From Actinomycetota bacterium (GTDB taxonomy: Bacteria > Actinomycetota > Acidimicrobiia > Acidimicrobiales > JAMCPD01), in the NCBI GenBank assembly GCA_023379935.1, contig JAMCPD010000002.1, positions 4,411-68,410 of the forward strand: a stretch of 64,000 nt of DNA, read 5' to 3'. A program made the translations under genes and the position numbers. The notes under the pieces are model-generated. The model was given only the letters and a program-made list of their open reading frames with translations, was not told the DNA's origin and did no database searches. Shown piece by piece: positions 37,355 to 45,265 of the stretch (position 1 is its first letter; the number at the start of each line of letters is the position of its first letter).

Positions 37355-40300
37355 TCACCCATACCACCCAACCACATCCACGATCACATCTGTTGAACCT
37401 GAGTAGTTGTAGATTGCTATATTGCCTGCTGCGCTAAGAGGTACGGTTACAAAGTTTGGTATAGCTCCGCTAAATTGGGTGAAGTTCAAGTTTGATGAAG
37501 CAGGTTTTGAGGCCCCGGCGGGATAAACGGTTAGATAAGAAGGTGAGGTAGCGTCTGCTTCCGTGACGTTTAGCACAACAGCTTTTGCGCTTTTTTGAAC
37601 AACACCTGTCAAAGAACCGGCAGTCCCTTGATATCCAGATACCTGTACTGACAGAGTTTGACCTGCAGTTATAGTGTTTCCGGTGCACTGATCTGTTATC
37701 TTTGACAGAGTTTGTGACCTAGTGTCACATATCCTATAGGGCACGGTCCCAAAAAATTGAGTTCCAGAGGTAGAAGAGGTAAAGTAACCCACTACGTCTA
37801 TGATTACATCTGTTGAACCTGATAAGTTGTAGACAGAGACAGTCCCGGTTGGCGAAAGCTCGGCTATAACTCCGTTTGGTCTTATCTCACCGGCCGCAAA
37901 GTTTAAGTTTGATGCAACAGGAGGAGTACCGGCAGGATAAACGGTTAGATACCCGCCTTGATTCGAGTCTGCTTCTGTCACGTTTAGTACTACAGCCGCC
38001 CCGCCGGTTTGAGGTACAGCCTGAGAAGGTGAAGCGGCAGTCCCTTGATATCCCGATACCTGTACTGACAGAGTTTGACCTGCAGAAATAGTTTTTCCGG
38101 TGCACTGATCTGTTATCTTTGACAGAGTTTGTGACCTTGTGTCACATATCCTATATGGGGTTAGGGGAACAAAGCTGCCTTGGCCTTTTTGAGATACAGG
38201 TCCAAAGTATCCCTCTACGTCTATTGCTATATCCGTATTACCGTTATAGTTGTAGACGGTTATACAGCCACTACAGCCGGAGGTATTACCTAAAGATACC
38301 TGTACAAGGTTTGGTATTGCTCCTGTTGTTTGATTGAAGTTCAGACTGGAAGAAGCAGGTTTTGTGGCTCCGGCGGGATAAACGGTTAGATATCCAGAAG
38401 ATGTAGACGAAGCTTCTGTCACATTCAGTACTACAGCCATAGCTCCATTTGGAACTATTGAAGCGCCAGAAGCAGCATTTCCCTGATATCCCACAACCTG
38501 TATGGTCAAGTATCCTCCTGGAAGAATAGTCTTGCCGGTGCACTGGTTTTGAAAAGTACCTTTTACGCTAAGTGACCTGGTGTCACATATTCTATAGGGC
38601 ACAAGGGAGTTATACCCACTATAAGTTGTATAGGTATAGCTTAGGGCATTTGAGGTTCCATCAGAAGTCGTAACTGTGACAGAAACTGTTCCTGTTCCAG
38701 AAGGTGATACGGCGCTACATGAGGAAGTGGTAGAACAAGACACTGATGTTGCCGCAGTTGATCCAAATGAAACGGTTGTTCCGCCCGAGGCAGTTGAAAA
38801 ACCAGTCCCTGTTAGAGTCACGCTTGTACCACCCGAAGCAGGTCCTGAAGTCGGAGAAATTGAGGAAAGGGTCGGAGCGGGTATGTAGGTATAAGTAACT
38901 GCACCTGAGGTACCGCCAGCGGTAGTTACTGTAACATTTACACTTCCGCCGCCCGCCGGTCCGACAGGTGTAGTTCCACTACATGAGGAAGTAGTGGAAC
39001 AAGTTACAGAAGTTGCAGGAGTAGATCCAAAGGAAACAGTTGTTCCGCCCGAGGCTGTGGAGAAGTTGGTACCTGTAATACTAAACGATGTACCACCTGT
39101 TTGCGGCCCTGAAGTTGGAGTAATGGAGCTTAGGGTCGGTGAAGTAGCTGTAGTATAGTCATAGTTTATACCACTTGAGGTACCGCCAGCGGTAGTTACT
39201 GTAACAGTTACATTTCCGCCACCCGATGGTCCGACAGGTGTAGTTCCACTACATGAGGAAGTAGTAGAACAAGAAACACCTGTTGCGGGGTTTCCAGTTC
39301 CAAAGTCAATGGTTGTGCCACCCGAGGCTGTGGAGAAGTTGGTACCTGTAATACTAAACGATGTACCACCGGCTTGAGGTCCTGAAGTTGGAGAGATAGA
39401 GGTCAGGGTTGGAAGCGGCATATAGGTATAACTTTGTGCCCCTGAAGTTCCACCTCCGGTTGTAACTGTTACTGAAACCGTTCCTGTTCCAGAAGGTGAT
39501 ACGGCGGTACAAGAGGAAGTCGTAGAACAAGAAACAGATGTTGCCGCATTTGACCCAAAGGAGACGGTTGTTCCGCCTGAGGTGGTTACAAAGTTAGTAC
39601 CGGTTAGTGTTACCGTTGTACCACCACCTGCAGGTCCTGAAGTCGGAGAAATTGAGCTTAGGGTCGGAAGCGGCATATAGGTATAACTTTGTGCCCCTGA
39701 AGTTCCACCTCCGGTTGTAACTGTTACTGAAACTGTTCCTGTTCCAGAAGGTGATACGGCGGTACATGAGGTCGTAGAAGAACAGGAGACAGATGTTGCC
39801 GCATTTGACCCAAAGGAGACGGTTGTTCCACCCGAGATGGTATCAAAGTTAGTACCGGTTAGGGTTACGGTTGTACCGCCTGTTTGTGGTCCTGAAGTTG
39901 GAGAGATACCGGTTAGGGTCGGAAGCGGTATATAGGTATAGCTTTGTCCTGACGAAGTTCCACCTCCGGTTGTAACTGTTACTGAAACCGTTCCTGTTCC
40001 AGAAGGTGATACGGCGGTACATGAGGTCGTAGAAGAACAAGTTACAGATGTTGCTTGGTTTGATCCAAAGGAAGCAGTTGTTCCGCCTGAGGTAGTTACA
40101 AAGTTAGTACCGGTTAGTGTTACCGTTGTACCACCACCTGCAGGTCCTGAAGTCGGAGAGATACCGGTTAGGGTCGGAAGCGGCATATAGGTATAACTTT
40201 GTGCCCCTGAAGTTCCACCTCCGGTTGTAACCGTTACTGAAACCGTTCCTGTTCCAGAAGGTGATACGGCGGTACATGAGGTCGTAGAAGAACAGGAGAC

Positions 40301-43300
40301 AGATGTTGCCGCATTTGATCCAAATGAAACGGTTGTTCCGCCTGTGGTGGTTACAAAGTTAGTACCGGTTAGGGTTACGGTTGTACCGCCTGTTTGTGGT
40401 CCTGAAGTCGGAGAAATTGAGGTAAGGGTTGGAGCGGCAATGTAGGTATAGTTTTGTCCGCCCGAGGTTCCCCCTCTCGTTGCAACCGTGACAGAAACCG
40501 TTCCTGTTCCAACAGGAGATACAGCGGTACATGAGGTTGTAGATGTACAAGAGACTGATGTCCCAGCAGTTTTACCAAAGTCAGCGGCTGTCATTACAGC
40601 GTTGCCACTTTGGTCCATCGCCACACAAAAGCTTGCAGATACACACGAGACAGAATCGAGCCAATGGGTGCCGTCAATGTTTGTGACAGTTGACCAGCCC
40701 GTGCCGTTGTAGGTGAGGGTGTTACCATTTCCGTCCACCGCCACACAAAAGCTTGCAGATACACACGAGACGGAGGCTAGGTCTTGTAAGCTATCTATAC
40801 CGGAAGGTGTTGTCCAGCTTGTGCCGTTGTAGGTCAGGGCGTTACCGTTATAGTCTACCGCCGCACAAAAACTTGTAGAGGGACACGAAACGGAACTTAG
40901 CCAATTGGTGCCGTCAATACTGGCAGGAGACGACCAGCTTGTGCCGTTGTAGGTCAGGGCGTTACCATTTCCGTCCACAGCCGCACAAAAGCTCTGAGAT
41001 ACACACGAGAGGGATAAATTCCCGCCGGCGTTTGTATCAATAGTTGTGGGAGCCGACCAGCTCGTGCCGTCGTAGACCCAGTAGTTGCCGGTTCTGTCTG
41101 CTGCCGTACAAAAGCTCTGAGATACACACGAGACGGAACTGAGCGCATTGGTGCCATCAATGTTTGTAGTCGTCCAGCTCGTGCCGTTGTAGGTGAGGGC
41201 GTTACCACGTGCATCCACAGCCACACAAAAGCTTGCAGATATACACGAAACGGAGGTGAGGAAATTGGTACCGTCAATACTTGTAGCAGCTGACCAGCTC
41301 GTGCCGTTGTAGGTGAGGGCGTTACCATTTCCGTCCACTGCCACACAAAAGCTTACAGATGTACACGAGACGGAATTGAGCCAATTGGTGCCGTCAATAC
41401 TTGTAGCGGGCAGCCAACCGGTGCCAAATAAAACGGTTGTTCCGCCTGTGGTTGTGGAGAAATTAGTACCGGTTAGGGTTACGGTTGTAGCACCCGAAGC
41501 AGGTCCTGAAGTTGGAGAGATAGAGGAAAGCGTCGGAGCGGGAGGATATACTGCTTGTGACAACATGCTGGAAGTAGAGGTAGTAAAGTCTGTATCTCCT
41601 GAGTAGACAGCGGTAATAGAGTGGTTGCCGGGGGAACCATAATTGACGGTGCATGTTGCGTTACCGCCAGATAAAGTAACTGCAGTACATCCCGATATAG
41701 GTGAACCTCCATCCAAGAACTCCACAGTTGCCGTAGGGGTTCCAGAACCCGGTGCAGATACAGACACAGTGGCTGTATATGTAACATTTTGTCCGACAAT
41801 TGAAGGGTTTGGAGATGAAGACACCGAGGTAGATGTAGATGCCTTTGATACACTAAGACCTGTTGTATTAGAAGATGCTACAAAGTTGGAATCACCTGAA
41901 TAACTAGCAGTTATAATGTCTGATCCTAAAGGGGCGTTAGTGGCATAACAAGAACCTGAACCACTGCTAAGGGTAGCAGTACACAAAGTGGTAGGACCTG
42001 ATGTGAATGTAACAGTTCCTGTCGGAGTTACACCTTCTCCTGTTACGGTTGCAGAGTAACTGACACTTTGTCCATAAACAGAAGATGTGGGGGTAGAAGA
42101 AACTGTAATAGCGGCATTGACTGAGTGGAAGATAACTTCGTTACTACCCGCCACCGCCACACAAAAGCTTGCAGATGCACACGAGACGGAACTGAGGATA
42201 TTGGTACCGATAATACTGGTGGGAGCTGACCAGCTGATACCGTTGTAGGTGAGGGCGTTGCCTGAAGAGTCTACCGCCACACAAAAAGTGGATGAAGGAC
42301 ATGAAACAGAGTTGAGGGATGTGCTTCCGTCAATGTTTTTAGCGGTGGACCAGCCTGTGCCGTTGTAGGTTAGGGCGTTGCCTGAAGTATCTACCGCCGC
42401 ACAAAAGGTGGATGAAGGACACGAGACAGAGGTGAGGTATTTTAGGCTATCTATACTGGAAGGTGTCGTCCAGCTCGTGCCGTTGTAGACCAAGTAGTTG
42501 CCTTGGTTGTCCACTGCAACGCAAAAGTTTAAGTATGGTGGGGCACAAGAAACGGAGGTTAGAGTGGTAGGATCAATATTTGTAGGTGTCGCCCAACCGA
42601 AACCGGTGTACATGATTGCATTACCATTTAAATCTACTGCCATACATGTAGTTGTTGAGGTACATGAAACAGAGTTGAGGGATGTGCTTCCGTCAATATC
42701 GGTATTAACAAACCAGCTTGAACCGTTATACAAAAATCCATAGCCGCGGTTATCTACAGCTCCACACGTGACCAAGTTACCAGGACTACACGAGACAGAC
42801 TTGATGACATTAGTACCGTCGAAGTTTGTCGCACTAGTCCAGCTCGTGCCGTTGTAGGTTAGGTAGTTGCCACTTCCGTCCACAGCCATACAGAAGCTCT
42901 GAGAGGGACACGAGACGGATTCGAGCTGGTTGGGATTATCAATGCTGACGGGGCCATACCAGCTTGTAGTGTTATAGGACAAAACATTGCCCTTGTTATC
43001 TACCGCTACACAGAAGTTAGACGATGTACATGAAACGGAGTTGAGAATAATCCAGTTAGCGCCTGCACCGTCTATTCTAAGGGGTGTAGACCAGCTTGTG
43101 CCGTTGTAGATTAGGGCATAACCATTGTAGTCTACCGCCACACAAAAGGTTGTAGATGCACACGATATGGACATGATGGTGGTATTATCAACACTAAGGG
43201 GTGTAGTCCAGCTCGTGCCGTTGTAGGTCAAGGCATAGCCAGTTCCGTCCACAGCCGCACAGAAGTTCTGAGATGTACACGAGACGGACTCGAGGAAGCG

Positions 43301-44821
43301 GGTGCCGTCAATACTGGCAGGAGCTGACCAACTACCGTTGTAGGTGAGGGCGTTGCCATTGTTATCCACCGCCACACAAAAGCTTACAGATGTACACGAG
43401 ACGGACTTGAGGGAATTGGTGCCGTCAATACTGGCAGGAGCTGACCAACTACCGTTGTAGGTGAGGGCGTTGCCATTGTTATCCACCGCCACACAAAAGG
43501 TGGATGATGTACATGATACAGATAAACCCCCGCCGGAGTTTGTATCAATAGTTGTGGCAGCTGACCAGCTCGGGGCGTTGTAGGTGAAGGCGTTGCCTTG
43601 GTCGTCCACCGCTATACAAAAGGTTGATGATGCACATGATACAGATAAAAGCGGCTGGAAGCCGTCAATGTTGGTGGGAAAAGTCCAGCTCGTGCCGTTG
43701 TAGGTAAGGGCGTTGCCGGCATGATCCACCGCTACACAAAAACTTGACGAAGGGCACGAGACAGAATCAATGATGACAGTACCGTCGAAAGTAGTAGCAG
43801 TTGACCAGCTCGTGCCGTTGTAGACCAAGTAGTTGCCAGTGCCATCCACTGCCACACAAAGGGTTCCAGATGCACACGAGACGGAAGTGAGCCAATTGTT
43901 ACCGTCAATAATGGCAGGAGCTGACCAACTACCGTTGTAGGTAAGCGCGTCGCCCAAGTTATCCACAGCCTTACAAAAGGTTGCAGATACACATGAGACG
44001 GAATCAAGCTGGAAGGTGTCAATACTTACAGGGCTCGTCCAACTACCGTCGTATTCAACTGCATTTCCATTTACGTCCACCGCCATACAAAAGCTTGTCG
44101 TTAGACATGAAATGGAAGTGAGGGAATTGGTGCCGTCAATATCGGCATTAACATACCAGCTTGAACCGTTATATAAAAATCCATAACCGCGGTCATCCAC
44201 AGCTCCACACATTATCAAGTTACCGGGGATACACGAGACGGAATTGAGGGAATTGGTGCCGTCAAAGTTTGTTCTCGTCCAGCTCGTGCCGTTGTAGACC
44301 AAGTAGTTGCCACTGTTATCCACTGCCATACAAAAGCTTACAGATGTACACGAGACGGACTCAAGCCAAGTGGTGCCGTCAATACTTGTAGGAGCCGACC
44401 AGCTTGTGCCGTTGTAGGTGAGGGCGTTGCCAGCACTGTCTACCGTCACACAAAAGCTTGTAGATACACACGAGACGGAATTGAGGGGATGATAGATTCT
44501 GTCAATGTTTGTAAGGCTGGTCCAGCTTGTGCCGTTGTAGGTCAAAGCATTACCGCGATTATCCACCGCTATACAAAAGGTTACAGAGGGACACGAGACG
44601 GACTCAAGCCAAGCGGTGCTGTCAATGGGAGTACCAGCCGACCAGAACGATCCTCCTGGCGTTGCTGCTCCGGCTGTTGTGGGAGTGAGGAGTTGTACAG
44701 CTGTGTTGATCCCAACAAGCGTTGATAAGGATACCACCACACAGAGGAGGTTTCTCAATACAAGCGGACGGCTGAGTTTTGAAAGAAATTTTGTACAAAA
44801 CATGCCTATAATCATCAACAA
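37355..44821 (-). CDS. giant secreted repeat protein 2 (2488 aa): signal/anchor, 21 two-Cys repeats, two Ig-like (Big_3_5-like) domains, split IPT with nested 7 repeats, 7 IPT/TIG domains, three C-terminal PYRICDTRS...LTVYP domains
   Basis: One uninterrupted ORF. The likely ATG at 44815 follows AAGAGG. The domain layout was read directly from the translation. Confidence 0.85.
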   Translation of the reverse strand: MLMIIGMFCTKFLSKLSRPLVLRNLLCVVVSLSTLVGINTAVQLLTPTTAGAATPGGSFWSAGTPIDSTAWLESVSCPSVTFCIAVDNRGNALTYNGTSWTSLTNIDRIYHPLNSVSCVSTSFCVTVDSAGNALTYNGTSWSAPTSIDGTTWLESVSCTSVSFCMAVDNSGNYLVYNGTSWTRTNFDGTNSLNSVSCIPGNLIMCGAVDDRGYGFLYNGSSWYVNADIDGTNSLTSISCLTTSFCMAVDVNGNAVEYDGSWTSPVSIDTFQLDSVSCVSATFCKAVDNLGDALTYNGSWSAPAIIDGNNWLTSVSCASGTLCVAVDGTGNYLVYNGTSWSTATTFDGTVIIDSVSCPSSSFCVAVDHAGNALTYNGTSWTFPTNIDGFQPLLSVSCASSTFCIAVDDQGNAFTYNAPSWSAATTIDTNSGGGLSVSCTSSTFCVAVDNNGNALTYNGSWSAPASIDGTNSLKSVSCTSVSFCVAVDNNGNALTYNGSWSAPASIDGTRFLESVSCTSQNFCAAVDGTGYALTYNGTSWTTPLSVDNTTIMSISCASTTFCVAVDYNGYALIYNGTSWSTPLRIDGAGANWIILNSVSCTSSNFCVAVDNKGNVLSYNTTSWYGPVSIDNPNQLESVSCPSQSFCMAVDGSGNYLTYNGTSWTSATNFDGTNVIKSVSCSPGNLVTCGAVDNRGYGFLYNGSSWFVNTDIDGSTSLNSVSCTSTTTCMAVDLNGNAIMYTGFGWATPTNIDPTTLTSVSCAPPYLNFCVAVDNQGNYLVYNGTSWTTPSSIDSLKYLTSVSCPSSTFCAAVDTSGNALTYNGTGWSTAKNIDGSTSLNSVSCPSSTFCVAVDSSGNALTYNGISWSAPTSIIGTNILSSVSCASASFCVAVAGSNEVIFHSVNAAITVSSTPTSSVYGQSVSYSATVTGEGVTPTGTVTFTSGPTTLCTATLSSGSGSCYATNAPLGSDIITASYSGDSNFVASSNTTGLSVSKASTSTSVSSSPNPSIVGQNVTYTATVSVSAPGSGTPTATVEFLDGGSPISGCTAVTLSGGNATCTVNYGSPGNHSITAVYSGDTDFTTSTSSMLSQAVYPPAPTLSSISPTSGPASGATTVTLTGTNFSTTTGGTTVLFGTGWLPATSIDGTNWLNSVSCTSVSFCVAVDGNGNALTYNGTSWSAATSIDGTNFLTSVSCISASFCVAVDARGNALTYNGTSWTTTNIDGTNALSSVSCVSQSFCTAADRTGNYWVYDGTSWSAPTTIDTNAGGNLSLSCVSQSFCAAVDGNGNALTYNGTSWSSPASIDGTNWLSSVSCPSTSFCAAVDYNGNALTYNGTSWTTPSGIDSLQDLASVSCVSASFCVAVDGNGNTLTYNGTGWSTVTNIDGTHWLDSVSCVSASFCVAMDQSGNAVMTAADFGKTAGTSVSCTSTTSCTAVSPVGTGTVSVTVATRGGTSGGQNYTYIAAPTLTSISPTSGPQTGGTTVTLTGTNFVTTTGGTTVSFGSNAATSVSCSSTTSCTAVSPSGTGTVSVTVTTGGGTSGAQSYTYMPLPTLTGISPTSGPAGGGTTVTLTGTNFVTTSGGTTASFGSNQATSVTCSSTTSCTAVSPSGTGTVSVTVTTGGGTSSGQSYTYIPLPTLTGISPTSGPQTGGTTVTLTGTNFDTISGGTTVSFGSNAATSVSCSSTTSCTAVSPSGTGTVSVTVTTGGGTSGAQSYTYMPLPTLSSISPTSGPAGGGTTVTLTGTNFVTTSGGTTVSFGSNAATSVSCSTTSSCTAVSPSGTGTVSVTVTTGGGTSGAQSYTYMPLPTLTSISPTSGPQAGGTSFSITGTNFSTASGGTTIDFGTGNPATGVSCSTTSSCSGTTPVGPSGGGNVTVTVTTAGGTSSGINYDYTTATSPTLSSITPTSGPQTGGTSFSITGTNFSTASGGTTVSFGSTPATSVTCSTTSSCSGTTPVGPAGGGSVNVTVTTAGGTSGAVTYTYIPAPTLSSISPTSGPASGGTSVTLTGTGFSTASGGTTVSFGSTAATSVSCSTTSSCSAVSPSGTGTVSVTVTTSDGTSNALSYTYTTYSGYNSLVPYRICDTRSLSVKGTFQNQCTGKTILPGGYLTIQVVGYQGNAASGASIVPNGAMAVVLNVTEASSTSSGYLTVYPAGATKPASSSLNFNQTTGAIPNLVQVSLGNTSGCSGCITVYNYNGNTDIAIDVEGYFGPVSQKGQGSFVPLTPYRICDTRSQTLSKITDQCTGKTISAGQTLSVQVSGYQGTAASPSQAVPQTGGAAVVLNVTEADSNQGGYLTVYPAGTPPVASNLNFAAGEIRPNGVIAELSPTGTVSVYNLSGSTDVIIDVVGYFTSSTSGTQFFGTVPYRICDTRSQTLSKITDQCTGNTITAGQTLSVQVSGYQGTAGSLTGVVQKSAKAVVLNVTEADATSPSYLTVYPAGASKPASSNLNFTQFSGAIPNFVTVPLSAAGNIAIYNYSGSTDVIVDVVGWYG
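37358..38623 (-). repeat. three tandem copies of the C-terminal domain (protein 2)
   Basis: PYRICDTRS ... AVVLNVTEA....GYLTVYPAG ... SNLNF ... DVVGYF appears three times (155, 139 and 128 aa). Confidence 0.8.
38624..40438 (-). repeat. seven tandem IPT/TIG-domain coding units (255-270 bp each)
   Basis: Unit boundaries fall at about 40438, 40183, 39928, 39673, 39418, 39148, 38881 and 38624. The central four 255-bp units share long near-identical DNA stretches. Confidence 0.85.
40580..41416 (-). repeat. 7 two-Cys repeats (279 aa) nested inside an IPT/TIG domain
   Basis: The IPT N-half ...GGTTVLFGTG (41417-41542) and the C-half FGKTAGTSVSCTSTTSCTAVSP... (40439-40579) flank the block. Confidence 0.8.
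41543..42121 (-). repeat. two Ig-like domains (bacterial Ig group 3-like)
   Basis: YGQSVSYSATVTGEGVTPTGTVTF...ASYSGDSNF and VGQNVTYTATVS..GTPTATVEFLDGG...AVYSGDTDF. Confidence 0.65.
42122..44650 (-). repeat. 21 tandem ~40-aa two-cysteine repeats
   Basis: The motif (S/T)(V/I)SC....(F/L/M/T)C.AVD was counted 21 times in residues about 58-900. Confidence 0.85.
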
Positions 44822-44833
44822 ATACCTCTTGTT

Positions 44834-44862
44834 TTACTAGGGGTATATCCCCCTAAAATAAG
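44834..44862. promoter_or_regulatory. second copy of the 29-bp palindromic motif, upstream of giant gene 2
   Basis: ttactaggggtatatccccctaaaataag lies 13-20 nt upstream of the candidate start codons. Confidence 0.45.
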
Positions 44863-45265
44863 CCAGTTGAAATAGGCCAGTGAACTACTTGTTCCCTCTG
44901 GGTAACATTTCAATGGCCATCTTTCCTGGTACAGGAAAGATGGGTTGGATATGTACTATAACGAAGAGTGATGCGTCCTTGAATAGTTGTTGGAAGTCTT
45001 CCTGTTTCACCTTTTGTCTTTGGCGGCAGGTGGATTTGTTGGTCATGCTTCGACAGTTTTCTCCAGATCCATAAGGTGTTGCCATATAGCCAAATACATC
45101 ATACATATGTTTGACTATCGAGTCACTACCGAAACCTATCCGTCTCGGCCCTAAATGGCCGGGATTTTTGTCATATTCCGCTAAATCTTATATTCGGCCT
45201 TCGCCAAGTTCCCTTAACGCATAAGTGGGGTGGTATTTGGGGGTTGATATATGTAAGTTTGCGGT

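Noticed and set aside
38624-44650. Regular periodicity of about 120 bp and 255 bp that could superficially suggest a CRISPR-like or satellite array.
   Set aside because: The repeats are in frame within one ORF and encode recognisable protein domains. There are no unique spacers between short conserved repeats and no cas genes.
45146-45169. Hairpin cggcc-ctaaat-ggccg followed by ggatttttg, which looks like a terminator on the plus strand.
   Set aside because: The stem is only 5 bp, and no plus-strand gene ends upstream of it. For the minus-strand sirA the orientation is wrong.
44863-45265. A 400-bp gap between giant gene 2 and sirA with small ORFs (44880-45074 +, 44885-45106 -). The minus-strand frame reads ...EYDKNPGHLGPRRIGFGSDSIVKHMYDVFGYMATPYGSGE....
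   Set aside because: I recognise no family motif, RBS or clear start. It may be a gene remnant, since in mycobacteria cysH follows sirA. I cannot support that from the sequence, so it is left unannotated.
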